Source: Candidatus Obscuribacteraceae bacterium | GTDB taxonomy: Bacteria > Cyanobacteriota > Vampirovibrionia > Obscuribacterales > Obscuribacteraceae | Assembly (NCBI GenBank): GCA_044226015.1 | Contig: JBGAHS010000003.1 | Span: 256,001-320,000, forward strand | Direction: 5' to 3' | Length of the DNA stretch: 64,000 nucleotides | In this document: piece after piece, positions 1-9,100 of the stretch | Position numbering within the stretch: position 1 is the stretch's first letter | Layout of the letters: the number at the start of each line of letters is the position of its first letter | Position numbers and translations under genes: made by a program | Notes under the pieces: generated by a model | The model's database searches: none | Told to the model about the DNA's origin: nothing | Seen by the model: only the letters and a program-made list of their open reading frames with translations

Positions 1-480
1 TGAAATTCGACCAGCAAAAACGTCCCACAGCCCAGTTTCTATCAAACCCATCTCGTGTTTTACTTCACAATGCTGTAGTTCGAGACCATGCATAAAAGAG
101 AGTGTTTCACCCATTTGTGCAGCCCGGAATTTATCAACGGAACCTACGCCATGCACCTGCCCATCTATCCACGGGTAAACCAAGGCAGCTTCTCCATTTA
201 CTCGGTTTACAGACTTTCCCTCTCGCTGTACTGCCGATACGGCGTGAACACCGCTGCCAGCGAATTCTCGTCCTATTTGTTCTGTTATTTCAAAATGTTC
301 AAGCGTAGCGGAATTCTGAATCAGCATCGCATTCAAAATCTTGAATGCGAACTTGCCCTCACTGGTTTCAACCTTCAAAACAACGTGGCGTCTCCCGCCC
401 GAGACACGCGCAACACTTCCGAGACGCTCGCCCAGCCCGAAGTATCTACAAACCTCATCGCTCAGTATTGCCTCAGCCAT
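1..480 (-). CDS. Aminoglycoside phosphotransferase / homoserine kinase type II-like protein, N-terminal part (runs off window start)
   Basis: Manual translation from ATG at 478-480 is open to base 1: MAEAILSDEVCRYFGLG...VSGGRRHVVLKVETSEGKFAFK...LVYPWIDG...AAQMGETLSFMH, typical of an APH-family N-lobe. Absent from the ORF track because it is partial. Confidence 0.75.
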   Translation of the reverse strand, partial: MAEAILSDEVCRYFGLGERLGSVARVSGGRRHVVLKVETSEGKFAFKILNAMLIQNSATLEHFEITEQIGREFAGSGVHAVSAVQREGKSVNRVNGEAALVYPWIDGQVHGVGSVDKFRAAQMGETLSFMHGLELQHCEVKHEMGLIETGLWDVFAGRIS

Positions 481-796
481 CTTCTTCTTTTCAAATTGAA
501 AATCGCCCACATCTAACTGCCGGTCGTAGCTATCATCACCATAGTTTCGCGCAATTCTAACAATTCTGTCCAGTGAAGTACAAATTGTGATTACTCAAAA
601 AAGTGCAATAACGTCCCTCCGACCGCACCAACATTCACTAGAGGGAAAGCAAATCTGCGCGTCCCGGAAGACACCAAGAAAAGAGCGTCATTGTATGCGA
701 CGGCGCTTTCACGTCTTTTTCACCTGGATGGATCAATTATGGTTCAGGGCAACTCAAACTCGCGTTTATGCTGGTCTGAGTATAGGAGATTGGGCA

Positions 797-1813
797 ATGA
801 GTAATGAGAAAGACGTGCGACCGCATTCCGAGTCAGGCGAAGGCGACAAAGCAACACGCATAGCAGAAAATCCCACTGAAAAACTTCAAAACGACACGAG
901 ATTTACAGGGTCAGAAGGAAAAGAGCGCTCTGACTCGAGCGCAAAGTCCAGCCGTGACATGCAAGAGCAGGGAAAGCTAGGCAATCTCAGCATTGAAGAA
1001 GCTAGTGGATACAATAAACAACCTGTCACTGATCTGCGTGGCAGAGTGCTAAAACACCAGCCTGGTCCAAACGAGATTCCCGTTCTGCTTCCAGGGCGCG
1101 ATAACAATGGCGGCGAATACAAGAAGTTCGAGCCTGCCAGGCCAGCAGACCAGAGAACACCTCCGCTAAACGCAAATGAAATATTCGACAAGGCAAAAGA
1201 GAGCACGGTGCACATTCGCACACCAATGACTGACGGTCAAATGAAGAAGGATGCCCCTGGAAGCGGGGTAGTAATCGGCAAGTCGGAAGATAAGACCTAC
1301 ATCGCAACAGTAAATCACAACGTCGCCGGCATAGATTTGGATGGTATGAAGATTCGTCCGACGGGTTCTCCTATGGTCGAAATGCCCAATGGAAAGAAAT
1401 ATCCAGCGCGGGTGCTTGAAGGAGACAAGAAAACAGACAGAGCATTGCTAGAAGTTGATACCGGTGCTGATACCAGCACAGCCTCTAAAGCAGCAACGGT
1501 TTCCGAAGCACCTCAACTGGGAGCAAGCATGTCGGTTGGTTTCCCTAGCGATAGTAAGTCTCTCTATGCTTCGCCTGGCGACGCTGTAAATACAGACGTG
1601 AATTTGCCCGCGAAAAAGGGCTACCCCGACCATATGATTCGCTACAAACAAAGAGCGGTGGATGGCAACTCAGGCGGACCTCAATTCAACTCTAAAGGTG
1701 AGGTGCAGAGCCTTTTGGAGGGCGCAGACAAGAATGGACTCTACGAAATTCTAGGAACACCACTAACTAAATCAATGGTTGACGACTGGCAGCGCAAATA
1801 CCGGTTTCGTTGA
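797..1813 (+). CDS. Trypsin-like serine protease (S1) with charged, disordered N-terminus
   Basis: Catalytic triad motifs TVNHNV, TDRALL and GNSGGP. AGGAG RBS at 784-788 supports the ATG at 797 over the ORF-track start at 587. Confidence 0.85.
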   Translation: MSNEKDVRPHSESGEGDKATRIAENPTEKLQNDTRFTGSEGKERSDSSAKSSRDMQEQGKLGNLSIEEASGYNKQPVTDLRGRVLKHQPGPNEIPVLLPGRDNNGGEYKKFEPARPADQRTPPLNANEIFDKAKESTVHIRTPMTDGQMKKDAPGSGVVIGKSEDKTYIATVNHNVAGIDLDGMKIRPTGSPMVEMPNGKKYPARVLEGDKKTDRALLEVDTGADTSTASKAATVSEAPQLGASMSVGFPSDSKSLYASPGDAVNTDVNLPAKKGYPDHMIRYKQRAVDGNSGGPQFNSKGEVQSLLEGADKNGLYEILGTPLTKSMVDDWQRKYRFR

Positions 1814-1860
1814 ACTATTATCGCTGATCCATTTGCGCAGCTTCCTGCTCAGTAAGCCAA

Positions 1861-1980
1861 GCTCTTCTCAGTAATCAAGCTGCTTGTACAGCTCTTCTCA
1901 GTTAGCTAGCTGCCTGTACAGCACTCCGCAGTGAGCTAGCTGCCTGTACAGCTCTTCGCAGTGAGCTAGCAGCTTACACA
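1861..1980. repeat. 30-bp tandem repeat x4
   Basis: Units such as gctcttctcagttagctagctgcctgtaca at 1861, 1891, 1921 and 1951, with no spacers. Confidence 0.9.
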
Positions 1981-2091
1981 TTCAGCCAGCTTACTAATTG
2001 CACGGTCAAATCACCGATTCCTGCTTTGTGAGCTACTTTGCTCAGTTTTATCGCTCAGTCGCTATACCTTCTTACAAATAGTTCGTTAGAC

Positions 2092-2116
2092 AAAAGAGAA
2101 GCCTGTGGGCTTCTCT
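2092..2116 (-). terminator. Intrinsic terminator of pilin-like copy 1
   Basis: AGAGAAGCC-tgtg-GGCTTCTCT hairpin followed by a T run on the minus strand. Confidence 0.75.
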
Positions 2117-2149
2117 CTTGTATGGCTATATCGAGGGATCGTGAAAAAA

Positions 2150-2653
2150 TTAGCTGAACAGGTTAGCGTCACGAGCTGAAGCTACGAGCCAGTTGATTGC
2201 ACCTGGTGTTGCGAGTCCGCCAGTTACACCGGCTGCTCCCCAGAGTACGCGCTTCATTGCGTCCTGCGTTCCTGCTGCCATGTGCATGAAGCCCATAATC
2301 ATTGTTGGTCCGCCCCAGGCAATTCCGAGAATTTCCATTCCGTTTGCGATAATGTTCAAAAGTGCTTCCAGGTTAGCGAGGTTGTTAACGCGCACTGTTC
2401 CTGCGGTGTTCACACCTTGAATCACGGTTGCATCAGCGCCTTGTGGTCCGATTGTACCGTTGGTTGCACCTTGCAACATAGGGGCTGCGGTGCTTCCGCC
2501 TTGCTGCGTCTGTGAGCCAGTGTAATTGCCAGTGTTGTTTGTTTGCGCGCCCGTGTCAGCTGTTGAATTGAACGCGTCTTGCGCTAATGCCGGACCGGCA
2601 AGAGTCAAAACGACCGCTGATGCCATTGTTATCTTTGCCAGTGTCTTAATCAT
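2150..2653 (-). CDS. VirB2/TrbC/Maff2-like pilin-type protein, copy 1 (167 aa)
   Basis: Signal peptide (...GPALA|QD), T/N/G/Q-rich linker, then two hydrophobic helices (LNIIANGMEILGIAWGGPTMIMGF; VLWGAAGVTGGLATPGAINWL) joined by a short charged loop (QDAMKR). Start set by alignment with the paralogues (MIK). Confidence 0.7.
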   Translation of the reverse strand: MIKTLAKITMASAVVLTLAGPALAQDAFNSTADTGAQTNNTGNYTGSQTQQGGSTAAPMLQGATNGTIGPQGADATVIQGVNTAGTVRVNNLANLEALLNIIANGMEILGIAWGGPTMIMGFMHMAAGTQDAMKRVLWGAAGVTGGLATPGAINWLVASARDANLFS

Positions 2654-2694
2654 GATAGTAAATTCTCTCTTTTCAAAATTTGTGGGTGTTCTTA

Positions 2695-2738
2695 ACTCGA
2701 ACTCTTCTTTAACGACCCATCCCAAACTCTTAGGAGGA
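2695..2738 (-). promoter_or_regulatory. 44-nt leader/promoter block identical to 15171-15214
   Basis: actcgaactcttctttaacgacccatcccaaactcttaggagga occurs upstream of copies 1 and 3, while the flanking sequence diverges. Confidence 0.7.
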
Positions 2739-2750
2739 ACTTTCATGATA

Positions 2751-2766
2751 TGTGACTAAGGTCATG
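2751..2766. promoter_or_regulatory. Palindromic operator-like site TGTGAC-TAAG-GTCATG
   Basis: Variant of the CATGAC-N4-GTCATG motif seen upstream of the other intact pilin-like copies, at the same ~98-nt offset as in copy 3. Confidence 0.65.
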
Positions 2767-2773
2767 GTCCAGC

Positions 2774-4225
2774 TCATTCCAAATCGTTGGCGCCATCTTG
2801 CACTGAACCAGACTCAGCGGCAAGAGGCGCTTCTTCCGATACAGACGAAGGATTCGCTACGGTCCTCTTGAAACCCCAGAAAAGCATTGCCGCATAAAGC
2901 GCCCCCCACCACAAAACAGTAGTTCCGCCAGGAAAGGCGAAAAATAAAGCCAGAAGCAACAAGGAGAACCCAAGACAAATAAGCTTCTGCCTGGAGGATG
3001 GAGCCAACAAAGATGGAATCAACACATATGCGCTGATGAGCCAAATTCGCTGCATCTCGAAATCATGCATTGCCAAGGCCGTTCCAGGCTTTGACGGCAA
3101 CATCGAAAAACCAAAGGCAAAACCAAGAATCCATGGCGCTGCTAACATCGCTAAGCCAAGCAGCCATGCTCTCCTGAACAGAACAACAAAACCTGCAAAC
3201 GTCGAGACCAAATACAAATTCATCAGCAAACCAGGCTGATAGAATCCATCTACTAGCCAGTCGTCGTTTGCAGCTGGCACTCCGGGAGGTAGCTTTCGAA
3301 AAGGGCGAAAGTTCCCAAATCGAACATCTTGAGTGTTAAAAACGAAATCACCTTGCAGTTCACTTCCCCTGTATCGATGAGCTGAAGCGAGGTCGGGCAA
3401 CAAGGGTCCTAAGACTTTCGATTCTTTTAGACCAGGCAAGTAGTCTGGCACTTTAGCAGAACCAATGATACCTGCAAGAAGGTTTGCTTTACCCGAACTA
3501 GCTACGAGACAGTGGTCCACATCTACCATGCCATCGAGTGGTGGAACAGCACCCGTGTGACAATCGACCGCAGGAAAGAAAAGCTCATCAGGATTCTTCG
3601 GCTCATACCACCAGACTAACGGCTCTTGCGGCTCTGCTGTTGAGTTATTGTTAAAACAACAAAGAGCAAAGGTCCAACCTGGATACCAGCGCTCGTAAGC
3701 ATCAAAAATAGCCTGATTCAAGTCGGGTCGTTTTTCCTCAGGTACTCGTTGTAGCGCGGTCGGAATAGCCTTTGCAGAGTTCGAAAGAACAACTGTGTAG
3801 CTTCCTTTGTTAAAGACTTCAATATGAACATGACTATCCATGCCATTCGACACGGAATTGGTTTGCATCAAGACACTGTCTAAAGAATCTAGCAACGCAC
3901 TTGATGTATCACGGCAAGACTTATAAAGGTCGTGAGCAATTCCCCGGAACTGCCTGCCATCGAACATATTGTCCTGCGACATAGAGTTCGGAATGGCCGG
4001 AATTGGCAAAATCATCGCATTAGGACCAACGCCAAGGTTTCGCGCGGTGTTGGAATAATAAAGCAGATGCTTGAGCTTTCCCTTATCTTCATACTCACTT
4101 ACCCATCCAACGGTCTGCATTAGCTCGGCTGGATGGAGAGAACAACATGCTTGAGCTTGATGAATTATTCCCAGAGCCAGACCCAAAAGCATAAGGAAAG
4201 ACAATACGTACTTCTTGCCAATCAT
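2774..4225 (-). CDS. Hypothetical exported protein with C-terminal multi-pass membrane region
   Basis: Long ORF with N-terminal signal-like segment (AQA|CC), globular core (YSNTARNLGVGPNAMILPIP...) and about 5 C-terminal hydrophobic helices. Confidence 0.75.
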   Translation of the reverse strand: MIGKKYVLSFLMLLGLALGIIHQAQACCSLHPAELMQTVGWVSEYEDKGKLKHLLYYSNTARNLGVGPNAMILPIPAIPNSMSQDNMFDGRQFRGIAHDLYKSCRDTSSALLDSLDSVLMQTNSVSNGMDSHVHIEVFNKGSYTVVLSNSAKAIPTALQRVPEEKRPDLNQAIFDAYERWYPGWTFALCCFNNNSTAEPQEPLVWWYEPKNPDELFFPAVDCHTGAVPPLDGMVDVDHCLVASSGKANLLAGIIGSAKVPDYLPGLKESKVLGPLLPDLASAHRYRGSELQGDFVFNTQDVRFGNFRPFRKLPPGVPAANDDWLVDGFYQPGLLMNLYLVSTFAGFVVLFRRAWLLGLAMLAAPWILGFAFGFSMLPSKPGTALAMHDFEMQRIWLISAYVLIPSLLAPSSRQKLICLGFSLLLLALFFAFPGGTTVLWWGALYAAMLFWGFKRTVANPSSVSEEAPLAAESGSVQDGANDLE

Positions 4226-4438
4226 AACTCTCCAAAAACGCAAGGGACACTATATATGGTGGCACCAGCAATAAACACAAAACAGGCTCTCAATAATAGC
4301 ATCAGAAAGCGTTTGAAGATCGAGTGCGACTTCCATGCGACACAAGTAATTTCCAAAATTCTCATTTACAAAATCGATTTATTTGAGGTGGCAGAGGAAG
4401 CCAATCGCAGGAATCCAATCTTTGGTGGAACACGAGAC

Positions 4439-4894
4439 CTATTTCGACTTGAAATTTCCTAAGAAATCAAACAAATCTTTGTTGGTATCCGTGATGTTTC
4501 GCCCGAGCTTATCGTATGCCATGCCAGCAAGCGGATTGGTTTCGATAATTTCTGCAATCGAATTGTTCTTTAGCATATCAGCAATTGAGTTATTTCCGAA
4601 GAATTCAGGAAGCGAACTTTTCTGGATTAAATCACCGAAAGCTTCGCGGAGACCAGCTGCTGGAGACGCAGCGAATTGACCGATGTCGCCTACCTTTTCG
4701 CCCACATCAGTTATGTCGAGGTCGCCGAACAACTCACTTACGGCCGAACCTGCAACTCCAAGTCCCTTCATAGCGAAGCTCTCACTTGGAGAAAGAACTG
4801 TTGAGTATGCTTCTGTAGCCAGAGTGCTGACGCCTTCACCGACGGTGCTTGCTACGTCACCAATTGCATCACCGATATCATCAAAAAAAGACAT
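4439..4894 (-). CDS. Hypothetical protein (acidic, amphipathic, Gly/Asp-rich)
   Basis: 151-aa ORF with a GGAGG RBS upstream. Confidence 0.75.
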   Translation of the reverse strand: MSFFDDIGDAIGDVASTVGEGVSTLATEAYSTVLSPSESFAMKGLGVAGSAVSELFGDLDITDVGEKVGDIGQFAASPAAGLREAFGDLIQKSSLPEFFGNNSIADMLKNNSIAEIIETNPLAGMAYDKLGRNITDTNKDLFDFLGNFKSK

Positions 4895-5026
4895 TTCAAA
4901 ACCTCCAGTTCGTTATCTATGCGAACTAGAATAGCCACCAATTCGGACTACCTTGTCCTTAGCTTGTCCCCAAAATGTCCTCGTCGCTGAACTTTACATA
5001 GCTGCTATACTCGCACCAGAAAGGAT

Positions 5027-5356
5027 GTGTGTAGCGAGTTGTACAAACACTATTTTGCCTGCTACTCTGACGCGCCACTAGAACGCGTGACGGCGGTTTT
5101 GCAAATAGAAAATTGGACTCCGCCCTTTATATTCGATCAACACGAGAACTGGGAATATGCCTGGGCTAAAACTGATGAATTTGAAATCAACATCACGAAG
5201 TCCGATGACAACACAACCATTGAAACCTGGATGAATTCTTGCCCTTCTGGGGTCAATTACCAAATCATAATTACTGCGCTCTCTGTCCCCGAGGGGCTGG
5301 TGGATTTCTTGGAAAGCATTTTGAAATCCAGACTGACCCAGTATGCCATCGTTTAA
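5027..5356 (+). CDS. Hypothetical protein
   Basis: 109-aa ORF with protein-like composition and AAGGA upstream of a GTG start. Confidence 0.6.
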   Translation: MCSELYKHYFACYSDAPLERVTAVLQIENWTPPFIFDQHENWEYAWAKTDEFEINITKSDDNTTIETWMNSCPSGVNYQIIITALSVPEGLVDFLESILKSRLTQYAIV

Positions 5357-5518
5357 ACTACAGATGTTTCTTCTGAGCCCAATGTGTCAGCATCTGTGAC
5401 TTTCTCTATAGTCGGCAATGGTCACGTAGGTGGATACAAGCTCCGGACTGCTGGAAGCATGGAGATAAATAACACTGCGGTTTTGTGGCAAACCAAAGAC
5501 AAAAGCTAACAACCAAGC

Positions 5519-5544
5519 AAAAAGGAGGCGCTTGTGACACCTCC
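5519..5544 (-). terminator. Intrinsic terminator of pilin-like copy 2
   Basis: Minus strand reads GGAGGTG-tcacaag-CGCCTCC-TTTTT. Confidence 0.7.
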
Positions 5545-5575
5545 CTTCTGCGGTATGAGTGAACTGTGAAAAAAA

Positions 5576-5899
5576 TTAGCTGAACAGATTAGCGTCACGA
5601 GCTGAAGCAACGAGCCAGTTGATTGCACCTGGTGTTGCGAGTCCGCCAGTTACACCGGCTGCTCCCCAGAGTACTCGCTTCATTGCGTCCTGCGTTCCTG
5701 CTGCCATGTGCATAAAGCCCATGATCATTGTTGGTCCGCCCCAGGCGATTCCGAGAATTTCCATTCCGTTTGCGATAATGTTCAAAAGTGCTTCCAGGTT
5801 AGCGAGGTTGTTAACGCGCACTGTTCCTGCGGTGTTCACACCTTGAATCACGGTTGCATCAGCGCCTTGTGGTCCGATTGTACCGTTCCCCGCCGCCAT
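5576..5899 (-). pseudogene. 5'-truncated pilin-like copy 2 (no signal peptide or promoter; possible silent cassette or signal-less variant)
   Basis: Homology to copy 1 stops abruptly at 5887. The in-frame ATG at 5897-5899 lies in an unrelated GC-rich repeat. The core protein is identical to copies 1 and 3. Confidence 0.7.
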
Positions 5900-5932
5900 G
5901 CGAGACAGCCCCCGCCGCCTTGCCAGACAGCC
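5888..5932. repeat. GC-rich 22-bp direct repeat x2 (plus a degenerate third) at the truncation junction
   Basis: cccgccgccatgcgagacagcc / cccgccgccttgccagacagcc. Confidence 0.8.
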
Positions 5933-6121
5933 TCCCTGCCAGGCCGCCAGCTAGCCACGCAGCAAGCATCAAGCCGGAAAGGCTTCGAGCCGGGCAGTTC
6001 ATTGATCCACCCCAGTTTCTACCTATAAATGCAGCCCACTCTCACTTGGAATTCACCCCCTTGGCTATACCCTTCTCATGTCAGGTTGTGTTTTTTCTCT
6101 CTGGTTCCCGTGGTGAAAGAT

Positions 6122-9100
6122 TTGGCTGAGCAGGAGCTAAAACTCCACAGAGTCCCCGAATTACTTGGACAGAGCAATTCCGAGGATGATAGTGCACTCA
6201 ATGTTTTCACGCGTTCGCTTGCCTACTCTGCAGCAGTTGGTCCGTCAATTGCCATTGGCGAACTTGCGGACAAAGTTGCAAGTAAACTGACTGACTCGCA
6301 ACAATCCATCTGCACCGACACCGTGAAGAGCGTCGCCCAGATGGCTGGAGTTCAAATCAGCCCAGAACAATATTCAATGGGCTCCGCGAAATGGCAGGCA
6401 CAGCAGTTGGGCAATGCAGTCGGCATGCTTGTACCTATGACTCTCCTACACAAATCTCTGGCGCCAGCTCTTCCAGCATCTGCCGGTTTGCGATCAGCCA
6501 GCAGCGGCTTCGCCTACGGAGCAATACTCACTCCCACCAATTTAGATTCAAGCTCCAGCTTGGCTGATTTACTCGCTGCAAAAACGGAAAAAGGAATTTT
6601 TACTTCATTGACCTTCGGTGTTATGGGCGCCAGCGCTTCCCGCATCGAGAATCTTCTAGCAAACTCCAAAGTCACAAACACAGTCGCAGCCGTACTTCCA
6701 GAGATCGCAAGCGTCCATGGCACCAAGCTAGCAGCTGGTGTTCTTAGTGCGATTCCGGGGGGAGTAGTGAGTGCTCAAACAACCGCCTGGGAAAGAGGGG
6801 ACAGAATCGCGAGCCTGCAGGACACGACAGAATCAATAGCTTCCCTGGCCTATGTCGGTGGTGTGTTCGGCGCGGCAAACTTTTTCGCTACCAAACCAGC
6901 AAGCAAGGCAAAACCAGAACAACAGGTATCTACATCTGAAATTCCCAACGTAATCGATACACACCGCTTCATTTTAGAAGAACCCGGCTCCAGAGGGAGG
7001 CTTTCAGGGGACTGGATGGAAACATTGCCCAGGTCAAAAGATGACCCCTTCAGCAATTGCTCAAGTCTTTCTCATCGAATTGGCATCTATAAAGAAGACC
7101 GAATCTCAAACTACTTTCAAGATGAACGAGAGTCAGAGTACGGGCTGAAACAGATGTACTTTGAACACAACCAACTAAAGTATTTTCCTGATCGATCGTT
7201 CGCTAGCCTGATAAAAAAGAGTCCGCTCATAGATAGACAATTCGATGACTCTAGCGCTCGAAATTCACTTCACCTCAAGTACTACAAACTCTACCCGGGT
7301 GAGCCTGGTGTGTCACTAAGGACGCGAGGATCCATTCTTCAGAGTTCAGGAATTACCGAACAAGAATTAGCTGGTCTCATAAAACAACACCTTAATACAG
7401 AAATACAGAATTCATCGCCAGACACACAGAGTAAAGCGATCGATTTCTTCCTGCGCACAGATTTTCCTCCTAGAAGACTTGTTGATCTTGTCCCTCTGGT
7501 GGATGAGAGATTGCTTCATTCGCTGACGCAGACCGAATTAAGAGTTGACCAACAGGACACTATTATTGAGAAATGGAACTCTCTAAGCGAGAAGACAAAG
7601 GAAATGCCTCTGCCTGTTCTGGCAAAGCTATTGAATTACCAAAACGCCTTAACTGAAGAACAGCTCGCTAGCCCGCACGTGCAAGAATATGCTGAACTAT
7701 TACATGAACTTGATTATCACGCTAAGGGTTACGAACATAATCTCGACGATCAATTCATTCGGTTTTATAGCGACCGGAAGCTTAGCTCAGCAGAGGCGGT
7801 TGGGGTCTTGCGCAGCTGGAAGGAACTTACTCCCGATGTAAAACTTCTTCCCAATGAAACGCTGGCTCCCATCGCATACAATTACCACTTAATGACGCCA
7901 GAGCAGCGCTTATTGCCCGTACCAGAACTGTCACGTTACACCAAGATAATTGACGATCTTCAGTTACAAGAGAATGGTGTAAAACAACTGAATAGCGAAT
8001 TTGCAGACTGGTATATCGCTAACTCACCAAGCGTTGATATGGCTCTGTTTGGCTTGAACAAATGGACCGAGTTATCGCCGGAATTGCGCAATCGTTTACA
8101 CGAGCCAGAACTCAAAGACAGAATACATGACCTACAAAGGCAATGGAAAAATCTATCACCTGAGCATCGTAGCTCAACCGGAACCAAGGCTCTTAATTGG
8201 GCTCATTTACGCGCAAATCTAGATGTACCAAGCTCAGCGATTCCAGAAGACTACTTAAGCTGGTACACAGTCAACAGACCCTCAAGAGCAGAAGCGCGTA
8301 AAGTATGGAGAGGCTGGAAAGAGTTTACTCCTGCTGTAAAAGCAATGGATGCTCCTTTGTTGTTTTTTCTGGCTGAGCACTGGAGCGATATTCCGACTGC
8401 CCAGAGGCAGCTCGAACCTAAGGAAATAATTCGGCAACTGAATTTGAGCGGCGAAATTGGCAAACCCCTGAACACAATTGACCCTGAGTTTGTGGAGTGG
8501 CATCGACAAAACGAACCAGCAAAAAAGGATTTGCGAATTCTGGAACGAACATGGGCGGACTTACGCAGTGATCTAAAAACCATGAAAGGCGATGATCTTG
8601 CTTGCATTGCCCGTATCTGGTCAAAACTAAATGACGAACAAAAGACGCGTCCACAGGCTGAACTTTTGCACTGGTCAAAATATTACGAAGCGCTAGGAAC
8701 CAAGCCACAGATCGAAGAGATAGTAAAAGAATCTCCAAGCTTCCGAAACTGGTTCGAAAAGAACAGTACCGATAACGGGCAGTCTATTCCTAACGTATTC
8801 GCTCACTGGAGCGATCTGACACGCGAACTTAGAGACCTTGGTCTAAAAGAAACCAGCGAGCTGATAGCTACTATGTTCTCTCAGCCAGGAAGAAATACGG
8901 CTGGAATAATTCGCGGATTGGAACTTACCGAACTGAGTTCAGGGAAAGACCCGGAGGCAGCTAAGAAACTGCTAGCTTCTCTTAAGAATGGCAGCTCAAT
9001 CACAGACTGGGTCGATGGAGAGGCTCAACGAATGGGGCTTTCGCAACTAGATCTTCTGGACAAAATGACAGCCATTTCTAGAATGAGCAGATCATTTTTT

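Noticed and set aside
88..560. Plus-strand ORFs 88-516, 102-308 and 345-560
   Set aside because: They are shadows of the minus-strand APH-like gene at 1-480.
2654..2746. 31-aa N-terminal extension of pilin-like copy 1
   Set aside because: Paralogues start at MIK, and the extension overlaps the conserved non-coding leader.
31..6021. Shared 11-mer cccagtttcta at 31 and 6011
   Set aside because: Short, and the first copy lies within a CDS; compatible with chance.
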